The notes below the pieces were generated by a model. It was not told the DNA's origin and made no database searches. It saw nothing but the letters and a program-made list of their open reading frames with translations. This document shows positions 53,001 to 64,000 of a DNA stretch of 64,000 nt, piece after piece. Position 1 is the first letter of the stretch, and each line of letters begins with the position of its first letter. Both the position numbers and the translations under genes were made by a program. The stretch is from Yuukianura sp. NJ FZ-2021 (lineage: Eukaryota), in contig CM102287.1 of NCBI GenBank assembly GCA_046563655.1, positions 7,254,001-7,318,000 of the forward strand, in the 5' to 3' direction.

Positions 53001-53838
53001 TACTCCGCGTGGGACGCTGTGGAATCCGGTGGTTGCGATGATCACGGCTGGTCGTTCATTGGCTCTCGTTTCTGAAGGAAGATTTAAAACCTCCATGACT
53101 TTGTCCCTTGGATTGGCTGGAATGTCAACTTCGGGATTGCTTCCGGATTGCTGGATAGCCTTCCACATTTCTTCGATTGTAACAAAGTATGGGACGGCAG
53201 CGTCTCCATCGTTTTTCGGAACAGGTTTGGATGCTTCGTGAATCACAATCGTTGGACGAAAACTTTTCAGGATTTGAAGAATGACGCCGGAAGGATCTGA
53301 AAACAAAAACAGAATCGTATCGTGCTGCTAGGACAAGTTATACTAGATAGTCCGAGATACTTACAGTTTGGATCCAGTGGGAGGTAAGTGCCGCCAATTT
53401 TCAAAATGGCGAAGATGAGCACAATTAGCTTCTCAGAAGGCGGAAGACACAAGCAGATCAGAAGATCATCATCGGGGTTACGTATGACGATGGGATTTCC
53501 TAAACGTTCTATGAGCTGATTTGCAATGACTGTTGACAAAGTGTGAAACTGTCCAAAAGTCAATTTTTGAGTGTAAAAGCAAACAGCATCCTTGGAGGCT
53601 ACAATTTTCTTGCGTCGAAGCTCATTATGAAACAGAGTCGTGAGTGTTTCGTCCAGTCCTGGAATGTCCCGTTCCGGTCCAGATAAAATTCCAGGTTCTT
53701 GTTCTGTTGTTTCCAAAAAAACATTTAAATCAAATCAAAGAATCAAAGAAAAAATAAAAAGCAAATCATAAGTCCAATTCCAATACTCAAGCGTCTCAAC
53801 TCACCTTCCACACAGCATTCTGCACAACAGCAACTCAT
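50056..53838 (-). CDS. Highly diverged ebony-like NRPS, copy 3, with degenerate catalytic motifs
   Basis: Same architecture (NPDDDLLICLCLPPSE, GGTYLPLDP, LFLTGD, FYALGGTSCNS, CFMMAT, AENV). Exons appear open and spliceable. Confidence 0.85.
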
Positions 53839-54716
53839 CTTCCAGGGTCAGATCAAAATTCGGGATTTTTCAAAATCTGGTATTGTTTTTCAGTATCCGG
53901 TTCGGTAGCTCAGTCCACGCTTGCGTGACTCGAATAAACAGGGACGAAAACATTCCAGCGGTGTAGCCACTGGAAACTGCCAAAAAAGTTTGATTAGTCA
54001 AAACAAGTGTTTTCATAATTTTCATAAATCCAATTTTGACAAGAAAAGCTTTTTTTTTGTAGCCCACCGGATTTTTTTTTCTACAAAATTTTGCACTGTG
54101 GTTGTTTTCTTATTTTTTTGGTTCTCATGGAATCAAATAAATTTTGTAAACAAACTAACTTATCAGCGTATTTTGACCCAAAAATTGACGTACCGATTGA
54201 ATTTTTGCCTCAAAATGCCTCACCCTCTAGTGACAAACCCAATGACAATTAGCGTTCTTGAAGACTTGGTCTTCGACATTTTCTTGCGGAAATCCCCGGA
54301 AAATGCTCAGTTATGACACAAGGCTTATCCAAAGTACATCCAAATTCTTGTTGATTTCCTTGGTTGCAATAATCATAATTTGCGAATTTGTGATTTTGCA
54401 TTCATAACTGAACTTTATATTGAGAATTGGCGTCACCACTTTCGACACGCTAAATCCTTACTTGCAAAAAGGAAACTCGGTGAATTTAAACTATTCTTTG
54501 TCTTTTGTGTCTTTCTGGCCGGTCGTCAATCAAGTATATGGGTACAGTGTTCACTGTTTTATTCTTTCAACCGACTCAGTTGTCAACGGTAACGTTGTGA
54601 TTAAAGTTTGGTACAAAAAACGACCGAAATTTTTTGTTTAGAATCCGACCACTGTGTTTTGATTTCAAAATTCATTGTCCAAAATTTTTCTTGAGTGTTC
54701 CACTTAAGTTTTGAAA

Positions 54717-55341
54717 ATGTTCGGGTGTTGTGGTGACTACTTGTCATTTCCGCCCTTCCGTTACTCCGCAGTGGGGCGAATGACAGACATTGGCTGTTGT
54801 CCATGCAAACAGGATCCACCATTTGGAAATTTCTGTTCCAGCTCTCAGCTATTCCCACGGTATCAAATCATCCAATATCCTAAATCCAAAAAGTTCCAAA
54901 TTCGATAGTCTAATTCCAAAAAAATGAAATAAAATTCGGTTTTGTAATCCTTTTGGAATTAATTTCAGTCCAAAATGCTACTGTGAAGATTGGTGCACAC
55001 CGTGCGTCAGCTACCAAAGTTCCAACAACTACTACTACCTTCCATCGCCTCTGACAGGACCCCGGGGCAAGAAGTATGTCATGACCTTTTGACCTCACAG
55101 CGCTAATCACTTAAGTAGACGAATTTTCGAAAAAGTCAAAAATTGTAGTTTGGATTTTTGAATTTGAAGGTTGTACTCAATGTGTGAACCAATGATTCCT
55201 GGATATTCTGGACACATTCCAGCCTACAAGTACCACAGCGCTGGACGGACCTTTGGAGATGCAACGAGAGACATTGGAGTGGTCATTCGTCAAAGATGCT
55301 GTCGTTGTCTGCCCCTCCCGAACCGGATTTGGGAACAGTAG
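54717..55341 (+). CDS. Small Cys-rich protein with FAM166/CIMIP2-type motif; exons 54717-54859, 54969-55073, 55170-55341
   Basis: In-frame GT-AG splicing yields ~139 aa including MIPGYSGHIPAYKYHSAGRTFGDAT, which matches the PGYxGHIP...GxTFG pattern. Confidence 0.68.
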
Positions 55342-55997
55342 AATTCTTTCCAAAATGCTCGCAATGGAAATTCAAGTTTTACAAGACGTCAAAATTTCCA
55401 AATTTTCCAAACTCATTTTGAAGCTACTACATCAAATCATAATGACTTGACCTTTGACTTATCATAAATCACACAAAAATGAAAAGTAAAGTCAGAGATC
55501 AAAAGTAAGATCAGTTGCACTTTTCCAAACTTTCCTTCCTAGCGATTCCAAATCCGAATTTGTTCCAGTTTCTGTGCAATTTTGTAAGCAAATCACACAA
55601 TAATTGAAATAAAAAAGTGTTGTCCTTAGGAAAATTTCCTTGAAATGAAGAAGATTCAGGTGAAGCTTAGCTTTGAATTGTTTGGTTCCACTCACCTGCA
55701 CCTTGTTCCCTTAGGCAAATCTGAAGAATCTGAAGAGGTGCTGCTCATCGTTGTAGCTCAGAAGATACAGAGACTTAAGCCCAAGAGGTCAATTCCTCCT
55801 TCTTCCCTGCTACCAGTACCGTTAGAATTCATTTTAGTACTAGTATTGTCATTTCCACTTGTTTCGTAGTGCCTGCAAATTCAAAAGAGCAAAATTAGGT
55901 CAAAGTTCACTACAATGAAACCGGAAAGTTCGAGACGCTAGCTCTAGCTTTAAAACAATTCAAAAATAACTTAAGTGAACTCACTGTAGTTTTGGTG

Positions 55998-58900
55998 ATG
56001 GGTAAACGCAGGGGACTTCTATTCGAAACCTCCGCGGTGTTTGTTCTAAAACTATTTGTGTTAGTTGTACAAATTCTGATTCAAGCTCCACCAGCGTCAG
56101 GAACGCCGAATCATCCTCCAGTGTTTCTAGCCGGCGGCGATCTCTCCAGGTTTTCAGTCCGGGAAGACACTGCAGTTGGATCTGTAATTTACAGGTAAAA
56201 CAAAATCAACGCTAGTTTTCAAAAAACATAACCTAGCTTATGAAATTAGTCTAACATGATCTGCGTACTAAAACACAACTCAATCATCTTCGACCGTCAA
56301 GATTCTACATTGTCAATTAATTGCTTGAGTTAAAAAAGCCAAAAACATAAATTAATTAGTCAAGTAATTAAACTAAACGAAATTTAGGTTGAAGGGAAGC
56401 GACCCAGAAAATGGCGAACTCACTTTCAGCATCAGCGGTGAATATTTCCGTGTGAATCGGAAAACAGGAGACATTTCTCTCATCAAAGGTAATGAAATTG
56501 AAATTTAGCGTCTTGTGATTAGTTGTTGTTGCAAAATGCTAAAAACTTGCATTGTTTTTGTTGTTCAGCTCTTGACCGTGAGAATGAGGCTTCCATTGAT
56601 GTCATCATCAGTCTCACAGGTAACTAGAAGCATTCAAATGAAATAAGATTGTCTCTAAATTAATTATTTGATTAATTGAAATTAGACCTGTACCACACAT
56701 GTAAAGAATGGCTTTGATTTTCGTTGCAGATGACGGGAACGGTGGTGAACCGGAAACGGTTTCACTGCGCCGTGAAATCTTGGTATCCGATGTCAACGAC
56801 AATCCGCCAGTATTTGAAAATACTCCGTACAATTTCAAAGTTAGCGAAAAGACTCCCGTGGGCACAACCATTTTCTCTGCTATTGGAATCACTGATGAGG
56901 ACTTTGGTCAAAATGCTGAAATTGAGTTGACCTGTGACACGAAGAGGTCACAACTGGCTTGTGAGTTCTTTGGAGTCACAGCGGAGGCAATTGGTGAAGG
57001 AAATTATATTGGAATTGTAACACTCATAAGGCCATTGGACTATGAGAAACATTCATCTTATTCGCTCGGTCTGGTGGCAACTGATGGACAGAATAGTGTC
57101 AATGCCCTTGTGGCTGTCAATGTACTTGACGTCCAAGGTATTTTCTGAAATTACCAAATTAAAATTAAAATTGCCATACAAATTAAATGTTTTGCGAATA
57201 ATTGGCATTTTTTAGATCAATCACCTCGGTTCATTGGCGGTCCATATGTGTTCAAAGTCAAAGAAAATTCCATCGCTGGAACAAAAGTGGGAGAAATTCA
57301 AGTCCAAGATGGAGACACTGGAAATCCAAGAGACATGCAAATTAAGTTAATCGATGAAGCACAAAATGATTACTTCAGATTGAGCAACATTCGACGTGAT
57401 CCATTTGACGGTACAATTTCAGCTACGGTGGAGATTTCTGAAGAGACGTTGGACGCCGAAGAAGAATTTGTTCGAGAAAACTTAGGTAATTTCTAAATTG
57501 CTAAAATTAGTTCAATTTTCGTGGAGACATCAATGAGTTTTTCGTCTATTTTCTTCCAAATTCGTCATTCTTGACTCTTTCTAGGTGTTTACGAGCTAAC
57601 TTTGGAAGCTCGTGAATTTCCGCTGAACGCTGACGATACTGAACCCACGTTGGTGACTCGCGTCGGTGTAGCCGTCATGGTTGAAGACGTAGACGACAAT
57701 TTGCCAACATTTGAACCAGCCCAGTATCCACAAATTTTGAAAATTCCGTATCGTCCAGACGAATCCTACACATTTCCGAATTTTAAGCTTCAAGTAGAAG
57801 ATGTAGACGAAGATCCTGCTCATGCGCAGTTCCATCTTCAGTTAGACTGGACACTTCCCACTCCAGTGGACTCAGTATTTGCATTTCTGACTCCATCCAA
57901 CGCAAATCCAGTCATCCGATCCAAGAGTATTGTGACCCTAGAAGTATTGAATATTTCACTTTTAGAGCCCGGGTCAAAGTTCAACCTTGAAATTGGAGCT
58001 TACCAGAGAGATCACCTAGTATCCAAAATCAACATTCCGATGGAAGTAGAAGAAAGTGTTAGAATTTTGCCACAATTTAACTCAACTATTTTCCGAGTGT
58101 CAGTTCCAGAAGACGTGTCCAAGGGAGAAGTGATTACAACAATTTCGTTGAAGAATGGTCACCTCCTTTCCAGTGTCAACTATTCTCTAGTTGGCGTAAA
58201 TTCGGAAAAGTTTGAACTCAATTCGGATACTGGAGAGATCCGTTGCGGAATTGAAAAGTGCCTGGATTACGAAAGAGAGCGTAGTCACTTCTTTTTAGTT
58301 CGAGCAAAATCGGGAGAAAAAGTTGACGAGGAAACGTACGCTTTGTTTTACTTGGACACTCAGCCAAGGAACGACGAAAGTCCAGTGTTTGAAGAAAAAT
58401 CAGCCATTCGACGATCTGTTCCAGACGGAACAGTGACCTTTGACCCTCCATTTGTTGTTGGCGCTGTTGATTCGGATGTAAATGACCAATTGGAGTATGC
58501 AGTCACGGATCACTCCATGAATTCTTCTGGAATTTATATTCAGCCGGCCACTGGGGAGTTGAAATTGAAGAAGCGTCTCAGGTTCTACAAAAATCAAAAT
58601 TTTCAACAAAAAAATTTTTTTGTTTTTTGAAATTTTTGTGAACGTATTTTGAAATTTCAGTTGGGCTGAAGGAGGAGAGCACAAACTAACCGTAACTGCT
58701 ACAGATAAGTCCGGGAACACTGCATTCCAGTCTGTTCTGCTCATCGTTCAGCCAGTTCTGAACATTCCACCGCGGTTTCCTTCGGATGAACAACAAATCG
58801 AAATTCCTGAAACTACAGAGCAAAAATCAGTCATTTACCGGGTATCTGCGCATGATCCAGACGGACAAGACATTGCTTTGCGCTACTACATCCACTCACA

Positions 58901-61900
58901 ACCAGAAGAAGATCTGTTTACAATCGATGAGCAAACTGGAACAATTCAGTTAGGCGCTTCTGCAAAACTTGACTACGAAACGAAACAGAGGTTATATCCA
59001 CTCATCATCCGCGTTCAAGACGAAGGAAAACCGTCGGAACTGGCCAAAATGACAATCGACGTCAAAGTTAAAGATGTGAATGATGAATTTCCAAAATTTT
59101 CAACTTCAAATTACGTTGTGGAGATGAGCGAATCTTCCAAGGCGAATTACGAAATCCTCCAACTTGAAGCTTCAGACGCTGATGAAACTGCGAAACTGGA
59201 ATACACCATTTCCTGTCCTTGCAGAGCTTGGGATGCTTCTGGGTCACTAGCTACTCCTAAAGATGCACAAAAATATTTCAGTCATTTGAGGTATGCTGCA
59301 TAACATTAAGCAATTTCACGCAAAACTTCTCGAGTATTTCAAGTATTAGTTTAGTTTCTTAACCTGTCTTTTATGGTATCCAGCGTGGATCCGAAGCTTG
59401 GCAAAATTTTGCTGCTGTCACCGCTGGAGCACAAACTGACTTCAGCACTTGAATTTCAAGCCCACGTTGAAGATCGAGATGGCGAGAAACCCCAAAATGA
59501 CACTTGTAAAGAAAAAGTTCCAAGAAATCTGTAAATATCAATCATATTTTTTAACAGAATTCCTAAAAACCAATTTTTTTTGAATAGCCATTGTAACAAT
59601 TTACGTCACAGCAGCAGAAAGGCTGTTTCCGTACTTTGGCGAACCTTGGACTCCAACTAATCCTTGGATCAATCTGACCGTTCCGGAGGACATGGCCATT
59701 GGAAGTAACGTGGCAACGCTGAATGCTTGGGATTATGTAGCAGATGAAGAAATCATGACCTTTGCCCTTGTGGACGAAGACTCTGCTGAACCGTTCGGAT
59801 TAGAAGAAAACATCGTCCGGGTCACCCGCCTCCTGGATTATGAAACAAAAAAGAATTATGTAATTTCAGTGAAGGCCATTGATGCACGAGGAGGGGAATC
59901 TGTGGCCAACCTCGCAATTGTGCTCACGGATACCAATGACCATGACCCAGTTTTTTCAAAGCCAGTAAGTTTAACGCTAAACTAACCTACTAATTTAAAG
60001 CGTATATCCTTAAAGTAAATGTTCAACATTAACTTACGTTTTGCTAAACATGTTCTCTTGAAAAGGAATACAAGGGAAAAGTCGTTGAGAACTCCGTTTT
60101 CCCCACACCGCTTGTCACTGTTGAAGCCAGCGATCGTGACGACCCTGAAAACTACGGTGCAATTCGATACTCCTTGGTTGGCCCAAACAGTCATCTTTTT
60201 AGCATTGACGAATTGGCAGGAGTAGTTCAAGTCGCACCAGGAGCAGATATCGACAGAGAAACCGATTCTTCACATACAATCTTCGTGTTGGCCATGGACA
60301 CGCCTCTGGGTGGACCATTTCAACGGACAGCAATGGCAACTCTGAAAATCCAAGTCACAGGTATCAAACTACAGAAATTCAACTGTAATAAAACTTTAAA
60401 CAAGACACTGTAAAATCCAAAGTGTAATTTGTAATTGACCTTTAACCTTGCAGATGTAAACGATAACGACCCAGTTTGTCGCCAGAAAGATGAATTCCTG
60501 GTGGACGAAGATGCTCCACAAGGAACGCTGATTGGAAACATCACTTGCGTCGATCCAGATGAAGCGCCAGTGTTAGTCTACAGTCTCCGGGATGAATCCA
60601 AACTTGGTCTGTTTGGCATAAATGCCAAAACGGGAACTATCAGCGTCGCAAAATCGTTACGTGGACGAGGCAGAGCAGCACCTTATACCGTGGTTGCAGT
60701 CATAGAAGACGGAAATGACCGAAGTGTGACGACTCCCGTTGAGATCAAAGTGGCCAATACGATTCCAAATGACGGAAGGCCTTACTTTACAAACAAAGGA
60801 TTCCGGGGAGAAGTCTCAGAAGGAGCGTTTCCAGGGACGCCGGTTTTGCATATTCAAGCTTCAGATACTGACTCGTTGGACAACGGAGAAGGACGACTGG
60901 TGTATCGCTTGATGAAGCAAATCTATCCTTGTCATGAAAAACGCGAATCCAAGAGCGAAGAGGTCACACGAGTCGAGGATGTCAATTACTTCCGGTTGGA
61001 TGAGAATACTGGAATGCTGTCGTTGCAGAGTGTAGTTGATCGTGAGAAACACGACTGCCTGTCACTGATGGTCGGAGTTGATGACATGGGCGTCCCACCT
61101 AGAACAAATTCAGAATGGTTCACCATCTCTGTCCTCGGTAATCAAACAAATTAAACCAAATTCTAAAATTTTTGAAAAAAAGTTCAAAAAGAATTGTTTT
61201 TTAGATATCGATGACTCCTTGCCCACTCTTCCCAAGAACTTACGTAATGTTCACTTGGTGATCAACGAAACCGTGGAGAAAGACTCCGAAATATTCAAGT
61301 TTCGTGCCACGGATCACGACATCTACCCCAATAATAGAGTTGGCTTTGAGCTTATCGTCGGTACTGGAAGTGGCGTTGAGTACTTCAATCTTGTCCAAAT
61401 CGATAACCAAACTGCCAACTTGATGGTGACCGGTGACCTTCAAAAGCTAGAGTCTGATGAAGTGACAATGGCCATCAAATGTTTTCCGAGAGACAGAAAA
61501 GTGCCTCTTCCAGACTGCAGTTCCAAAGTTCACATCCGACTTCAAAGGGACTCTCTCACAAGTGATCGCTGGAACTTGAATAAGAAGAGCCTCGAGATGA
61601 TACTTGGCGTAGGCACGGGAGTCCCTGTGGGGAACTTGATTGGAAATGCTGACATGATGCCCATGGTTCCTATCCAAATGTCAGAACAAATGTATCATCC
61701 AAACGTCATTTCTCAATCACCGTACAATGTTACCGAGGTGGTCCGAATTGACGCAACGACTGGCGACATCTACGTCTGGGACAACTTGGAACCGTTTCAA
61801 AACGGACATCTTCGTGTAGAGCTTGACAATCCTTCTGAAAATTCTTCATCTAATGTTCCACTTATGAAGAAGAAGATGAAGATTTTCATTGCTCCGAACG

Positions 61901-62531
61901 CTGAGCTTTTGTCAACTGAAACTTCCGAGTTCCTCCGATTGGGTCGCTGGGCAGACGAAATCCAAACGTTTCTGAATCAACCTAAATCAAATTCACAAAT
62001 TAACAATGGCGTTTTTCGCCTTTTAACGTTTGACCAAAGTAATGCTCCAGAAGGAAGGACAATGTAAGAACTTTCCTTACCTCCTTTTCAAACTCCAGGT
62101 TTCAAAATTTCAAAATTTTCTGGAATTTCAGGGTTTGTTTCCAACTTTTGGAGAATGAGAACATGATGAGTCAGGAGAAATCGCTTCAAATCCTCAGCGC
62201 CCCCGACATCCAAGATATCTTTCTAAAACATTCATTTGCTGAGCAAATTCAAAAGGTCAGACCCAAATAATTCAAAAATTCAATACATTTTAGCAGTTTT
62301 TAGACGTACCTTCAAAATTTTGAAAACGTCGTTATGAAATTGTCATTTTCTTGAAAACAGGGATGTCCGCAGCGACCTCAAGGTCCAGCGAAGTTGACGC
62401 TGGCAGGATCCCCAGGGAGGTTCTGGGTAGAAACTTCGCTGGTCGGAATCGCTTCCGTAGTGGCAATCGCTACGCTCTCGTTCATTACCATTCTGTGCCT
62501 TGTGAACAGAAACAAAGTAGAAAAACTGTGA
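55998..62531 (+). CDS. Cad74A: Non-classical cadherin, Cad74A/CDH23-like, multi-exon
   Basis: Signal peptide; first repeat NHPPVF..GDLSRFSVREDTAVGS..DPE..FSISG..LDRE..VIISLTD..ETVSLRREILVSDVNDNPPVF; many DxNDN and LDYE motifs; TM segment LVGIASVVAIATLSFITILCLV. Confidence 0.85.
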
Positions 62532-63529
62532 CCTGTTTCCAAAACCTAAAATATAACAACAACAGTAATCGATTAATCAATTAAAATATTTTATGAAATA
62601 TGCATATATAGATAAAAAAAACCAAATAAGTACCGATTTTATATTTATTCAGAATAAATCCTCCTATATTTACATTTACATAATAAAGTAAATTCATCTG
62701 ATAAATTGAAATCCTGTCATAAGATTCACTACATTAATAAACTCAAGGTTAACGTTTAGGCAAAAAATGCATAACAAAATGAAGGAAGGAACAAAAAGAA
62801 ACAAGGCTTGGAGCCGAATGTTAGGACGTTAAGGGCCTAAAATTTTCCAGGAACATTGGAAAAACGGGAGAAAAAAAAGTCAAGTTTTAACATTTTCAAT
62901 ACATTTAGTACATTTAAAACAAAGGTCAAGTTGGCTAAACACTTTAAGTCTAAATATAGGGACAATTTTCTGCAAAATTTAAAATTCTAGAAATAGTTTA
63001 GTCAAATTTAATTGAGTTTACGGCGATAGAAATATTTCCGCCACGATAGCTCCCACGCTTTTTCTTCGTCTTTTCATGGCGAAACGATTTCCCTTTAGTA
63101 AACTTCAAATCCTGGTTAGCTTTTTCACCCCAACATCCTCTCGCACCTTTCTAAAAAGTACAGAAAACAGAGATTATACATCAATCGATTAATTATAAAC
63201 TTAATTAAATCTAAACAACCCAGTTGATGACAAAACCAGGAAGCTATGAATAACTCTTGGTAATGGACAACAAATGACCGGTAAAATTGAAATTGTCTCT
63301 GGAATCTTGAAACATTGCACAATTTTTACACAACGTTTTTTCAAGATTCAAGACTTTGGTATCGGCCTTAAGGGAAAGATATGTTGGTAATCGACAGTAC
63401 CAACATATGGCAAAAAGGCCCCAGAGTAATTAGTATTAAAATTAACAATGATTAGTATAACCACTTCGGTTTCGGACTTACATGAATGTCTAAAAAAGTA
63501 AAGTGCGGATTTCGATTGCCCCGGAAAAC

Positions 63530-63967
63530 TTAGTCGAAAGTGACTTTCTTATTCTGTGGTGGCGCTTCGCTATCAAACCCTCCGCTCTTCCTTGGATTCG
63601 CTCCGAACCCGCCACGTCCTCGGCCACCTCCTCCTCTTGGACCACCGCGACCACCACCACGCCCGCCGCCACGACCTCCTCCTCCACCCGACGGACAGTC
63701 AAAGCTCATGTGACCCTCTTGACCACATTTAAAGCATCCTGATCCTCTACCTCCACCGCCACCACCTCCACTTGGACATTCACGACTGATGTGGCCTTGT
63801 TCACCACATTTGAAGCAGCCTGAACCTCCTCCGGAGTTTCGGTCACCTCCTCCTCCACGGCCACCGAATCCTCCTCTTCCTCCGCGCCCACCTCGAAATC
63901 CTCCTCCTCCACCGCCAGAAGCTTCTTCGTTAGGACATTCTCGAGCAAAGTGCCCAGTTTGTTGACA
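63530..63967 (-). CDS. Last exon of an RGG-rich, CCHC zinc-knuckle protein with a nucleolin-like C-terminus (gene continues beyond the window)
   Basis: Translation not in the ORF track: [58 protein letters not shown], preceded by an AG acceptor. Confidence 0.85.
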   Translation of the reverse strand, partial: CQQTGHFARECPNEEASGGGGGGFRGGRGGRGGFGGRGGGGDRNSGGGSGCFKCGEQGHISRECPSGGGGGGGRGSGCFKCGQEGHMSFDCPSGGGGGRGGGRGGGRGGPRGGGGRGRGGFGANPRKSGGFDSEAPPQNKKVTFD

Positions 63968-64000
63968 CTTTAGAACACAAAACGAAGACTTTGAAGATTT

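Noticed and set aside
36632..53838. Bacterial NRPS cluster or contaminant
   Set aside because: The genes have many spliceosomal introns, the ebony-specific C-terminal domain, no condensation or thioesterase domains, and animal neighbours.
63490..63948. Track ORFs rich in Val/Glu or Thr/Ser at the window end
   Set aside because: Wrong frames of the Gly-rich CCHC exon.

Overview
Gene-dense, intron-rich animal genomic DNA with short GT-AG introns. The gene content (ebony, ninaB, Cad74A-type cadherin, TEP, divergent F-box pair, fungal-like gene) points to an arthropod, plausibly a springtail (inference). In order: 3' end of a thioester-containing protein; a tandem pair of MGNC-starting F-box genes (second one decaying); a catalytically dead ADAM10/17-like protein carrying a ~1,400-aa mucin insert; PSMC5/Rpt6; a small secreted acidic His/Gly-rich protein; OCRL/INPP5B with an intronic 9-bp-TSD foldback element; a hAT-type MITE; carotenoid oxygenase ninaB; BLOC1S1; then a ~17-kb block of three divergent ebony-like single-module NRPS genes interleaved with an orphan membrane-protein gene (triple perfect IR1/EcRE in its intron) and a fungal/bacterial-type (UPF0187/YneE) bestrophin; a Cys-rich FAM166-like gene; a Cad74A-like cadherin with almost no cytoplasmic tail; and the last exon of an RGG/CCHC nucleolin-like gene. 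The best candidate for an undescribed system is the ebony-like NRPS block with its probable horizontally acquired channel. All identifications come from motif recognition and manual splicing, not database searches.
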